In this document: one piece after another, positions 51,371 to 64,000 of the stretch
How the letters are laid out: the number at the start of each line of letters is the position of its first letter
Position numbering within the stretch: the first letter of the stretch is position 1
Origin: Octopus sinensis
Lineage: Eukaryota
Direction of reading: 5' to 3'
Assembly: GCF_006345805.1 (NCBI RefSeq)
Contig: NC_042998.1
Location: forward strand, 108,128,001-108,192,000
Length of the DNA stretch: 64,000 nt
Notes under the pieces: model-generated
Told to the model about the DNA's origin: nothing
The model's input: only the letters and a program-made list of their open reading frames with translations
The model's database searches: none
Made by a program: the position numbers and the translations under genes

Positions 51371-51535
51371 ACTATGCATGTATGTGTGTGTGTGTGTGTG
51401 CGTATTATTTACAACCATTATTTACAGATATATTTACAACCATCACTTGCAAGTCATATAACATGATAGCATGTAACATACTTTCCCTAACAGCAACCCT
51501 CTTGACATGTGTATGTTTGTAATTGTGAGAGAGTA

Positions 51536-51645
<110 letters not shown>

Positions 51646-51859
51646 TTTTAAAAGAAGAAAGAAAATGGAGATTGAGAAGAGATGAAACCATCCCTTCATG
51701 AGGTTTAAACATCCTCTAATTAAATATATATATATTTATATTTTTAGGTTGGAAAGAAGGAAAGTCCTGTCGCTGTTTGTACATGATACTTTTTCCAATA
51801 TTTACGGTGAATTAAGCATTAATTTTTATATTCTCTCATTGCACAACATCCTGTACATA

Positions 51860-52080
51860 ACTACAGGAGAGTGAGGGGCTGCACCGCTAATAGGTTGATA
51901 CATATACGTGTATGCCTGCGTTTGTATTTGTCCTGTATCCTAATGATTTGACAAATAAAAAATCGATGAAATAAACACCAGATTGAAATGATACATACTG
52001 AGTTCGATACCTTCGACTGAAACTTTGAATTAAATGCCCCAGCCTGACCACAATTCTGTGACTGAAATCAGTAAAAGTAT
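51860..52080 (+). mobile_element. Decayed SINE 3' half with CR1/L2-type tail
   Basis: TGCCCCAGCCTGACCACAATTCTGTGACTGAAATCAGTAAAAG. Confidence 0.55.
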
Positions 52081-52754
52081 AAGCGAATATACATACATCT
52101 ATCTATTACTTTACCTGTTTATCTATCTATCTATCTATCTATCTATGATCCTGATAAAATATCTATTGAAGTGCACAGCATTTAACGAATGCGTTTGAAC
52201 TCAGTATGTTCCATCTATTTTAAGATAGACGCATAGGAAGAAGGCATGGGAAATTTAACGTCACCCGTGTGTAGGTTACGTATAATGGTTATGAAATATA
52301 GATATAGATAAGACATAACACGAGAATGAGTTACTGATGATTTTCTTATAACACCTTTACATGTTTTTATGTGCCAATTACATAATGATGACATATAATC
52401 ATGTTTACGCAATTTTTACGCACAAATCAACTCTTCAGAAGAATTATAAAGAATGAATAACTATGTATGCTGATAGATATTTACATTTGACTATAAGTTA
52501 TATGCATAGATGTAGTAAACAACAAAGAGGCAAAAAGTCTAGCATAAGATTAAAACAGAGCAGAGATAGCTGTCAGAAAAAATGTACTTAAATCTGTTTA
52601 AAAGGATTGCCTGATTAATTTTCAAAGATCTGCGTATAGAATGAGATGATAGAGCGCCCATATAACCAGCATTAATACGAGTAAAATACAAAAGTAAAAA
52701 TTTGTAAAAGAAGAAAATGTACATACACACATAAACATGTACACATACATGCGC

Positions 52755-52960
<206 letters not shown>

Positions 52961-54369
52961 GCGTCCGTCATCTACTACCGCCTGACCGTCGTACCTTGTC
53001 CCGACCCTACCATCACCAAACTACAACGCATTCTCTTTCGCTTCTTGTGGAAAGGATGCGTCCCGATGGTCAGGCGATCCATTTGCTGTCAACACCCGTT
53101 AAAAGGAGGGCTGGGCATGCCGTGGTTGATGATGCGCAGACACACGCTGAGACTGCGACATCTCTGGCTCTATGTAGACGACATTGAACAGGTGTGGTCG
53201 CCGTTTGTGAGGCACGCTTTCCCGCAGCTCGTCTCCATGACCGAACTGCAGTCGTGGATCAAAAAGAGGCCGAAGAAGGGCGATTGGCACCGCGAGTGTC
53301 GCGTTGCTCTCAAGCAACTCTGCCGTCCTGGGTCGACCTTGAGTGACTTCAACACAACCAAAGCATTCTATAGGGGTTTAGTGGAGGGGAGGTACGACGA
53401 CGAGCTCGGGGCGAACCTGGACGTCGACGAGGAGTACCTGACCCGCCTGTTCAGGACGACTTTCGGGCCAGGGCCCATGGACAACTTCCAGAGATCCCTG
53501 GCCTGGCAGTGCTACCGAGAAGCGCTACCCGTTCGGGATAAGCTCTACAGACACGACTCGAGAAACACGGGGCCGACCTGCCCGAGATGCGGTCAGAGCG
53601 ACGAAACCGTTCTGCACGCACTCGTGCAGTGTCCAACAATTTCCGACCTGTGGGCATATGTCGAACAACTGCTGTCACGTGTGGGACGAGTCGGTTTATC
53701 AGCTGAGTCTATCGTCAATATTGTCACGCCTCCCTCCTTCAAACGGGAAGGAAGAGCTATTTTCATCATCCTTGTGGCTATGGCGAAAGAATGTATCTGG
53801 TGGACGCGTCTGAAAGGATTGGAGACAAACACTTTCCTCTCTGGTCAATCTCTCATCAACTTCTTCAAGTACCACTTGAAAAGGAAAGTGAGAGTAGAGA
53901 AGCAAGTTTTGTCTAGCGAATGTTTTAAAAAAAGATGGGTGAATGTAGCAAGAATGGCACGTATGAATGACGAAGCCACCTTGAGCATGATCCTATGAAC
54001 CCAGAAATTGAAAACAGAGAGTTGCTTATTCTCAAAAAAAAAAAAAGAAATATAACATGTGACTCCATTGACCGAGGTTACCGTGGTCTTTTCCGTAGGC
54101 TTTTCTTTCCACGGGTAAACCTCACCTGTCCTCCCCTTTACACTTCATATTGACATTTCTGTGATAACGATCCCTATTGATCAAATTTTTTTTCCTCCCC
54201 CCTCTTTTTTTACCCCCCCTTTTTTTTGTCCTCTTTCTCTCCTTTTACGATCCCTTTTGATCGAAACTCCCCCTTCCTTTTTTTTTTTTTTTTTAAACCT
54301 TCAAAAGAAAAGCTCTACCTTGTAATTTGTTCTATCTGTGTGCAGCCCTGTGTGGCTAATAAAGAAACA
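52961..54369 (+). mobile_element. 5'-truncated Tx1/L1-clade LINE
   Basis: Open frame 52961-53998 with FRFLWKG..KGGLG and a CPRCGQSDETVLHALVQC zinc knuckle; pyrimidine-rich 3' UTR ending GCTAATAAAGAAACA. Confidence 0.9.
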
Positions 54370-54397
54370 TATCTATCTATCTATCTATCTATCTATC

Positions 54398-54990
54398 ACG
54401 TCCCCTTCCTTCAACCGGGAAGGAAGAGCTATTTTCATCATACTTGTGGCTTTGGCGAAAAAATGTATCTGATGGACGCGTCTGAAAGGATTAGAGACAA
54501 ACACTTTCCTCTCTGGTCAATCTCTCATCAACTTCTTCAAGTATCACTTGAAAAGGAAAGTGAGAGTAGAGAGGCAAGTTTTGTCAAGCGAATGTTTTAA
54601 AAAAAGATGGGTGAATGTAGCAAGGATGGCACGTATGAATGACGAAGTCACCTTGAGCATAATCCTATGAACTCGGAAAAATTTAAAACATAGAGTTACT
54701 TACTTGCAAATAAATGTGTTAACATGTGACATTATTGACTGAGGTTACCGTGGTCTTTTCCGTAGGCTTTTCCTTTCTCGGATAAATCTTATCCGTTTCC
54801 CCCTTTACACTATACATCATGACATTTCTGTGATACACGACGCCTATTGATCGTTTTCTTTTTACGATCCCTTTTGATCGAAAACCTACCCCCTTTTTTC
54901 CTTTTTTTCCCTTCTTTTCCCCCAAAAGAAAAACTGTACTTTGTAATTTGTCCCCTCTGTGTTCAGCCCTGTGTGGCTAATAAAGAAACA
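54398..54990 (+). mobile_element. Second, shorter copy of the same Tx1-like family
   Basis: Matches 53725-54369, carries a TGG-to-TGA stop, and has the same 3' end. Confidence 0.92.
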
Positions 54991-55007
54991 TATTTGTCTG
55001 TCTGTCA

Positions 55008-55070
<63 letters not shown>

Positions 55071-55088
55071 AGTCTGTCTGTCTTTCTG

Positions 55089-55147
<59 letters not shown>

Positions 55148-55830
55148 GTCTGGCTGTCTGTCTGTCTATGTACATATCCATGCACGTAGAACTATATACA
55201 TACTTGCACACACATATATGCTCACACGCATATATATATATGTGCGTGCATATAGGTGTGTAGGTCTGTGTGTATGGATATGCATATAAATAGGTAGATA
55301 AATAGATAGAAGATGGATGAATGGATGGTTGGATGGGTATGTGAATGCGTGTACATGTGTTTGAGTGTATATCTACATTTTCTCTGACAAATTTTTACTT
55401 TTGTTAATGGTGGTTGTATAGGACGCTTATTCATCTCATTCAATCCTAGAAACTTTCAAAATCAATCATGTATATGATATATATTACATGTATATATACA
55501 TATATATTCATACATACATACATATGCTTGTATGTATGTATGTATGTACACACATGCACACACACGGATTTATGCATTACTGATACACGCGCGCGCGCGC
55601 AGGGAGCCATGGGTCCTCATTTTTTCCATGCAAGAGATTTTCGTCTGGTAGTAATATTTAAATAGCTGATAACCCGGAAAAACTAGCCAAAATCTTGTTA
55701 CCCCATGCACCATTGTAGGGTATGTAATCGCTGTTCGCCATAGTGAGAGGATTTCTTTTTCACGTACTATCATCATGGCCAACGATCATCTGTCTAAAAT
55801 TAACACCACGCAATTATGCATGGTGCAAAC

Positions 55831-55924
55831 TGACGTCACCAAATCGGTTCCCTCTACTCATGATACACAGTAACTGCCGTCACTGAGCTGATAAATCATA
55901 TACATCAACTACCACCTGACGTCA
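55831..55924. promoter_or_regulatory. Pair of perfect CRE palindromes
   Basis: TGACGTCA at 55831-55838 and 55917-55924 in non-repeat DNA. Confidence 0.3.
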
Positions 55925-56140
55925 ATATCTTTACCACGTCTGCTCTACCACGAGGAACATATAATGGCACCAACTGAAGTACAAACAGACTCATCTAGAT
56001 GCCATTTAAAATATTTATTTTGACTTTTCTTCACTCTGACTTTCTTCCTATAAGTTCAAAGAACCTAACCTATGTCTCCATGTTCAGTTTGGAAAATTTC
56101 CTTGCATTGTTATCTTTACCATTATTTTTTTTTTTTTTTA

Positions 56141-56501
56141 GAAGCACTCCGTCGGTTACGACGATGAGGGTTCCGGTTGATCCGAATCAACGGAACAGCC
56201 TGCTCGTCTGCACTCTACAGACACGTGCACCCTTAACGTAGTTCTCGGGGATATTCAGCGTGACACAGAGAGTGACAAGGCCGGCCCCTTGAAATACAGG
56301 TACAACAGAAACAGGAAGTAAGAGTGAGAGAAAGTTGTGGTGAAAGAGTACAGCAGGGATCACCACCATCCCCTGCCGGAGCCTCGTGGAGCTTTTAGGT
56401 GTTTTTGCTCAATAAACACTCACAACGCCCGGTCTGGGAATCGAAACCGCGATCCTATGACCGCGAGTCCGCTGCCCTAACCACTGGGCCATTGCGCCTC
56501 C
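56141..56501 (-). mobile_element. Full-length tRNA-derived SINE with poly(A) tail
   Basis: A-box TGGCCCAGTGG, B-box GGTTTCGATTCC; a T-run at 56125-56139 is the tail on the minus strand. Confidence 0.92.
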
Positions 56502-56809
56502 ACCTTTACCATTATACACTTGTTATGGATGGTCAACACCCATCTCATTTGCCCCTATTACCCCTGCTTCCACTAGCCTTGTATCTCTCGGGTATTTATA
56601 AAAGATGATTGCTAGCTTGTGATCTGCATTTCAACCCTGTCCGAGGACGTGTTCAGTGGTTTTATGTATACTGCAATAAGTTACGTGCATTAATTGCACT
56701 TATTGTGTGACATCATTAATTAATTAATTACCGATTACAGAAACATATGTAACAGATGAAATAAAGGAGTACTAAGTTTATGTCCATATTTTTTCTCTCA
56801 TTATATATA

Positions 56810-57026
56810 CGAAGTGGTGCTGAATATTTCCTGGCTTTGGGTAAGAGAAAATACAGGAGGAACAGTGAATTATGGTTTTATTCAACATATTCCCCTCTCA
56901 TATACAAACACTTATTGTAGCGGTTCTTCAGCTTTTCTAAGCTCTGTAAAAGAACTCGGAAGTTTGGGCCTTCAGCCAGGCCTTTCGTGATACCCTTATA
57001 GCCAGGAACCTTTCATCATCTCCTTG
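56810..57026. mobile_element. Mariner-derived MITE (~217 bp)
   Basis: Decayed TIRs TA|CGAAGTGGTGCTGAATATTTCCTGGCT and AGCCAGGAACCTTTCATCATCTCCTTG. Confidence 0.6.
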
Positions 57027-58351
57027 CATATACATAGCACACACACACACACACACTCACGTGCGCGCATATATAGGGGAGAAGAGAGGGAGAGAGAGAG
57101 AGAGAAAGAGATTTAGAAAGAGATGAAACGAGAGGCGGTTACACTCTACATTTGCGCTAAAGCCGAGTAAAATTATTAAGAGCAAGTTGAAACATATTGA
57201 GAAGCAACAACAAACACGATCTAACAAAAGACCGTCTACATGGTCGCTCGATCTACCAGAAGTAACAACCAATTCTCCCTCGATCACTCAACCTTTTTTT
57301 TATATCTTTTATATTTTTTCTATATCTTTTTAAACGGCAGAATGTTCTATTTCACTCTGGGCTTCCTGCATATATGAAAAAAAGATGGGATGGTTACGAC
57401 CTAAATACCTTTGATCATGGGTTTGCTAGATCAGGGCTGACTTCAGGTTAAATAACAACAATGTCATCAATAACAACAGCATCAATAACGTATATAAACA
57501 ACAACAAAAGCAATAGCAACAACCAAACTGCAAGAGCAGTTGTAGTACCAACTGAATTAACATCATCACACTTCCTCAAACCGTCACGAACACCATCGCC
57601 TCCATCGCCACCACCACTGACATCACTACTGTCACCACTGACATCACTTTCCACCCCAACAACAACAACACTACCACCACGAACACCAACACCATCCTAT
57701 TAGCAGCAACAATAACAACAACAATTTCGGAAATACAGAATACGACAAAAATAGATGGAAGATAAAAAGACAATGGAAATCCCAACGTTATTTTTAGTGA
57801 ATCGAACATAAATAAGAGATGATTAAAATAAAAAAAAGTAAGTTTACAGTTTGTAACGAAACCAGAACATGCCTTTGAAGGTCTTATTATCGATCTAAAC
57901 CAACCAGTGTACCAGCCATGCTACCAACCAACCAACCAACCAGCCAGCCAGCCAGCTAGTCAGTCAACCAGCCAACAAACAGATAAACAGTAAAAAAAAA
58001 AAAAAAGATAAACAAATGGGTTAACATACGAATAGATATGGCAGGGGGAACAATAATAGGTGTCTGGAAAATGAAAGGTATACACCAGGAAGTACAGACA
58101 CGTAACGGAATTTCACTCTACCTAAAGGCAGTGCTCCAGATTCGCCTTAGTCACGAAGGATAAAGCAAGCTATAGAACCAGTTTTCAAGAAGAAAAAATT
58201 GGAAAGTTTTAGATCACTCATTGATTTTTCTCTTGATTTTTTTTTTTTTCAGTTTATTTTTCATATTTTCTGTGATTTTGAATAAAAACAAAACAATTAT
58301 TTTAGCCATGTCTGTCTCCTTGGAACGTCCGAGAGTTTTTGGCTTTCTATT

Positions 58352-58352
<1 letters not shown>

Positions 58353-58408
<56 letters not shown>

Positions 58409-58474
58409 GATGATGATGATGATGATGATGATAATAACGATAACAATAACAATAATAATAATAACAATAATAAC

Positions 58475-58508
<34 letters not shown>

Positions 58509-58517
58509 ACAACAATA

Positions 58518-58562
<45 letters not shown>

Positions 58563-58584
58563 TAATAATGATAATAATAATAAT
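58353..58584. repeat. Compound (TAA)/(TGA)/(CAA) trinucleotide array
   Basis: Direct reading. Confidence 0.98.
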
Positions 58585-58933
58585 GCGTGATAATTGACAT
58601 AGCATGTCCCGGTGACAACAGGATAATGTGAAAAAAAGAAGAAAAAATAAACAACTATGACGATTTGGAGTGGGAAATACGAAGGTTGTGGTAAATGAAG
58701 AGAGTAGATGTGATACTAATAGTAATTGATGCACTTGGAAGTATCATCATGGCTAAAAAAGATTGGTGCAAGTTTGAAGGTACAACACCCACAAAAATCA
58801 GCATTGCTTGGAACTGCAAGAATTCTTCGCAGGGTTCTCGAAGCATGACCAATAAACAAGTATCAGCTTAGTCTACTGGCTGTGGCCAGCTGACACTTTC
58901 CATCATACCCATCAAAATAAGCTGTGAGTTTTC

Positions 58934-58936
<3 letters not shown>
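58585..58936 (+). mobile_element. R4/Dong-like LINE 3' fragment (restriction-like endonuclease end)
   Basis: CVIIDIACPGDNRI..INNYDDLEWEIRRLW..VIDALG..LLGTARILRRVLEA; (TAA)n on both sides. Confidence 0.85.
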
Positions 58937-58978
<42 letters not shown>

Positions 58979-58979
<1 letters not shown>

Positions 58980-61900
58980 CATCCCAGGGTTGATGGAAAT
59001 GCAGTAATGATTGAAAGAGTTAATGTAATTGATTGGCAAAGTGAACCAACCATAAACACTGAGACAGATGAAAATCAAATAGATGAAGAAAGTCACACAA
59101 ATATTGACCCAACAGAACTACATGATCTAAAAAATCAAATCATGATTGAATGGCTGAAAATTTAAAAAATCAGTATGGATGAACGCGATACTCTCCCCAA
59201 AATCCGCAATTCTAACCAAAATCTGAAAATAATTGGTAAAATCCGCTTTGCACTAAAGGATATAATTTCTGCTAATGATATTGATATCACAGATCTCAAC
59301 CATCAGTACTATGCATCCGCGAAAATCTCAACGATTCTATGTGGTGAAAAGATTAGAAAACGGCAACATTCCCACAAAAAGCCTTCTTGGGAAGAGCGTA
59401 TTCAACACCAAATTAAGCTACTTAGGTCTGACATAGAATGTTTGAAAAGCCTTAAGGTTGACAAGACTACCAAACCTACAAAAACCTGAAAATTATAGAA
59501 AAAATATAATATGAAAACCATGCTTGACATTGCTGCCACCATAGAAACCATCAAGCAAACGGCATGTGCTAAAGCTGCCCGCATAGCGAGGTATGAAAAG
59601 CGTGTTAGATTCTTCAAGGACAACAACATGTTAAAAAATAACCCCAAAATTTTTTACAGGAAGATAGGGAAAACACCAGTTACTGTAAAGTCTGTCCCAT
59701 CAAAAGAAGAAGTGCAGGGATTTTGGAATAAAATTTGGGCAGAAGAAAAAAACACAATGAAAAGGCCCCTTGGATTGATAGAACATCTAGACTTGAACTC
59801 CTTAGAGGAGCAAAAGTGGGAGGGTGTCTAGGTAGAAGATATAAGATCTGCTTTCAGGAGGTCAAGCAAATGGAAGTCTCCAGGAAAGGATAAAATTCCT
59901 AACTTCAGGTTGAATGCCTTCCCAGAGAGCCATGAACTACTAACAGAACTTTACAACGATGTTTTGCAACACCCTAGTATGATGCCCTCTTGGCTATTCC
60001 TGCTTCCAAACAATGAAGAAACAAATGAACCAAAAAATTATAAACCCATAACCTGCTTAACAACAATGTATAAAACGCTAACATCTATCCTGATTGAATA
60101 TACCTATAGTTTTTTTTAATAGAAAGCAGCATATTCTCTAATGAGCAAAAAAGATGTAAACGTGGATCCTATGGTTGTAAAGATCAGCTAATCATCAATA
60201 AGATGATCTTAGAAGATTGTCACAAAAAGACACAAAAACTTATCAATAGCTTGGAGAGACTATAAAAAAACTTTTGATAGCCTACCACATAGATGGATAA
60301 AGAAATGTCTGGAAATGTATAAAATAGCGCCTACTTTGCGAAACTTTTTGTCAGTAAGTATGAGATCATGGAGAACCCCTCTAACTTTGAACAGTGACAA
60401 TGAATCTCTAAATGCTGGAGATCAAAGGAAAAATGACAGAAACATCGAACATTAACCTTGACCAGCAGAATGTCATAAAAGAGTTAGACCCAGCGGAGAG
60501 CTACAAGTACTTAGGGGTAATTGAAGGGGACGGAATAAGGCATTCAGTGATGAAGGAAAGGATCAGGAGAGAATGTTATCACAGAATAAGAGCAATACTC
60601 AAGACAGAGCTGAATGCAAGAAACAGCATCGAAGCGATCAATGCTTTAGCCATACCAGTTGTGACTTACAGTTTCAATATCGTTAACTGGTCAATTACTG
60701 AAATATGCAATCTTGACAGAAAAATACGAAAACTGTTGACAATGCATAGAATGCACCACCCTAAGGTAGATATAGAACGACATTATCTGCCAAGAAAAGA
60801 GGGAGGCCGTGGACTTATACAACTGGCATTAGCAATGAAGATTGCCACAATTGGCCTAGACACCTACCTGAAAAACTCTGAGGACTGGATGTTAAAACTT
60901 GTCTCAAAACATGAAAACAAGAAAGCATCATACTCAGTAACAAAACAGGTAAAGGAATATCTAAGTGAATTCCAAATACAACACATTCCGGAATTAGACA
61001 TATAAGAAACAAGCGCAGAAAAAAGGTAAGCGCATGAAAATCCGTGCTAAAACTGCTGCCTTAGATATTCTGACCGATAAATGGCAAGAAAAACCTCTCA
61101 ATGGCAAATACCCAAAGAGAACGAATAACGCCGATGTTGACAAAGACCTTATCCATCAATGGCTAATGGCCTTTGGCTTAAACTCTGAAACAGAAGGGTT
61201 TATCATAGCAGCCCAAGATCAATGCCTACCTACAAGGCCAACATATTAGCCCAACATGTCGTATATGTCAACAACAAAATGAAGCCATTGATCATGTTGT
61301 CTCTAAGTGCACTCTTCTTGCGCCTACAGAGTATCTCAACAGGCATGATAGAGCTGCACTATATATTCACTGGGTAATTTGTAAAAGACTGGACTTGTCC
61401 CATGATAAAAACTGGTGGGAACACAAACCACATCCAGTGTTTGAAAATGATCACATCTCACTCCTCTGGAACTTCACCATTCAAACTGACAGAAAGATAG
61501 ATGCAAATAGGCCAGAGATCATATTGAAAGACTTCAGACAAAAATCATGCCTCCTCATTGTTATGATTGTCCCAATCGATATAAACATATCTGTCAAGAC
61601 CTAACAAAAACTGAGCAAGTATGAAGATCTTGAAATAGAAATTAGCAAAATGTGAAACCTGAAGACTAAAACAATACCTGTTGTCATAGGTGTCCTGGGA
61701 ATGATAGTAAAAGGGGCTGATTGCTACCTAGCTCAGATACCAGGAAACCCCCAAATGGCAGAAATTCAAAAGATAGTGCTCATGGGAACTGCCCATATCC
61801 TACGCAAAATACTGTCTATGTAATCTCAAGTTTTAAAACAAACACATAATTTTCTTATGGTTTCTTAAACATTCACCAGAACAACATTATGTACAAAACC

Positions 61901-62034
61901 AAATATATGGCACCCTAGGCATAACACCAACATGAACTTCCAACTTGTATTCTCTTGAGGTCTCTGGGTGAGACTTGGAGCCAACTTGTACAAATGTAAA
62001 GCAAAAGTCAAACAACAACAACAACAACAACAAC

Positions 62035-62035
<1 letters not shown>
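58979..62035 (+). mobile_element. Decayed R4/Dong-like LINE (RT with internal deletion, CCHC knuckle, RLE domain)
   Basis: WKSPGKD, NYKPITCL, GRGLIQL, C..C...E..DH....C, TDRKIDANRPEII, IPVVIGVLG; many stops; (TAA)n flanks. Confidence 0.93.
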
Positions 62036-62090
<55 letters not shown>

Positions 62091-62091
<1 letters not shown>

Positions 62092-64000
62092 GAAGAAGTT
62101 CAAAACTTTTGGAAAAGGATTTGGAGTGACAAGAAGACGTACAACATAAATGCAGACTGGATTATACAAACTGAAGGATCCTACCAAAATTTACAACAAC
62201 AAGCATGGGAAGACATCACAATAGCAGACCTAAGAAAGGCACTCACGAAGGCCCATAATTGGAAATCCCCCGGTAAAGATAGGGTGCCGAATTTCTGGCT
62301 CGCATCGCTCCCATGCGCACACGGTAAGCTAGTTCAGCTGCTCAATGGAATTATGAGAGACCCAAAGAAAACACCTGAATGGTTAGCAAGTGGCATTACT
62401 TACCTACTCCCAAAGAATAACGAAACCAACCTTCCAAAAAACTATCGGCCTATAACCTGTCTATCCACCACGTATAAAATCCTAACATCTATCCTGGCGG
62501 AGAAAACATATGCATTCATGGAGAAGAACGATATTTTCCCCATTGAACAAAAAGGGTGCCGCCGAGGCTCTTACGGATGCAAAGATCAACTGCTAATCAA
62601 TCGTATGATCCTTGAGAACTGTCACAACAAGCGCAGAAATCTCAGCATCGCATGGATTGACTACAAAAAGGCCTTCGACAGTATACCGCATCCATGGATC
62701 TTGAGATCGCTGGACATCTTCAAAATTTCCCCTGTGATTTCAAACTTCCTGAAGCACAATATGTCGTTGTGGAATACGAATCTCCAATTATACCACTCTA
62801 ATGGAGTACAGAAAATATAAACATCAACTGTGGAATTTTTCAAGGTGACTCACTTTCACCTTTAATATTCTGCATAGCCCTAATACCCCTTACAAGTGAA
62901 TTAAACAGAACAGGTTATGGGTATAAAATTGCCAATAAAAAAATAAGCCATCTATTTTATATGGATGACTTAAAACTTTATGGTAAAGACAATAATGAAC
63001 TTGAAGGCCTATTGCACACGTGAAAGCATTCAGCGATGACATCGGGATGGAGTTTGGACTTGAGAAGTGTGCCAAGGCCACTTTCCAGAAAGGGAAAGTG
63101 AAGACCACAAATTCAGTCGTGTTAGATGTTGACACAGTCATAAGAGAGCTTGAGCAAGAACAAACATACAAATATTTAGGGATAAATGAAGGCTCTGGTA
63201 TTCAGCATGCAAGCATGAAAGAGAAAATCAGGAAGGAATGTTATAGGAGAGTTCGTGCAGTCCTGAAATCTGAACTAAATGCACGTTACAAGGTGTTAGC
63301 TATAAATTCCTTAGCAGTTCCAGTTGTTACTTATAGCTACAATGTGTTGAACTGGAATATGAGTGAAGTAAAGAATATAGATAGAAAAATACGCAAGCTG
63401 CTGAGTTGTAATAGGATGCACCACCCAAAGGCAGACGTAGATCGCCTTTACCTTCCCAGAGCCCAAGGAGGTCGAGGCCTGATCCAATTTGAACTAGCTT
63501 ACAAAACAACCACAATTGGACTGGCCAAATATCTCGAAATATCGAATGACTGGATGCTAAAGCTCGTGGAAAATCACGAGAGACGAAAGAAGCTTCATTC
63601 TATCATAAAGGAAAGCAAAAAATTTGCTATTGATCTCGTGCAGGATACCCAAACTGAACAACCCGAGGGAAGTACGGCAACTATTGTTGCAAAGAATGTG
63701 AAAATGATGGCAATGAAGAAAGCGCACGAGCAATTGGCTGATAGGTAGGAGGAGAAACCTCTGCACGGCAAATATGTGACCCGCAGCAAACAAGCTGATG
63801 TTGACCAGAAGCAAACCCATCAGTGGCTACGGAGCTCAGGGCTAAAAGCAGAGAGCGAAGGTTTCATCCTGGCTGCTCAAGATCAAAGCCTATTAACCCG
63901 AAACTACCAGGCCAATGTGATGAAAAATGGAGCAGACCCAAAATGCCGATTCTGCAACGACATGATTGAAACAGTGGACCACCTAATCTCTGGATGTAAA
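62091..64000 (+). mobile_element. Younger R4/Dong-like LINE running off the window end
   Basis: WKSPGKDRVPNFW, NYRPITCL, WIDYKKAFDS, FQGD, YMDD, YKYLG, GGRGL, CRFC..ETVDHLISGC; two frameshifts and one stop; starts right after (TAA)n. Confidence 0.96.

Noticed and set aside
55570-55782. 70-aa minus-strand ORF
   Set aside because: It ends in a (GC)n/(GT)n run, lacks matching splice signals and has no recognisable domain.
56420-56501. Functional tRNA genes at SINE heads (also near 34572, 44844 and 49478)
   Set aside because: A and B boxes are present, but I could not fold a full cloverleaf and each continues into a SINE body.
57448-58734. Poly-I/L/Y/T/N ORFs
   Set aside because: They come from trinucleotide and low-complexity arrays, with no coding signature.

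Overview
Eukaryotic, AT-rich, repeat-dominated genomic DNA. The SINE/LINE families and dense (TA)n/(TATC)n/(TAA)n tracts suggest an octopus-type cephalopod (inference, not database-checked). No complete protein-coding gene could be read. Most long ORFs in the track are microsatellite read-throughs or retrotransposon fragments. The window holds many RTE-clade LINE fragments, two CR1/L2-group LINEs, a tandem pair of Tx1/L1-clade elements in a (TATC)n array, three R4/Dong-like restriction-endonuclease LINEs in (TAA)n arrays, Penelope-like remnants with decayed hammerhead motifs, a mariner, a pogo derivative that keeps a 59-aa DNA-binding-domain ORF, two non-autonomous Helitrons, several TIR elements and at least three tRNA-derived SINE families. 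The left ~33.6 kb looks CpG-depleted and carries a few minus-strand splice-bounded exon candidates, consistent with introns of a methylated host gene that may start near 35.5-36.6 kb. Most interesting: (i) a SINE whose last 44 nt match the Tx1 3' end at 38/44, together with a Tx1 family apparently targeting (TATC)n; (ii) apparent partitioning of microsatellite types among LINE clades; (iii) a DBD-only pogo ORF; (iv) a MITE with a 6-bp TSD; (v) tandem double-hairpin units in the RTE 3' UTR. Coordinates were counted by hand; ends of decayed elements are approximate.
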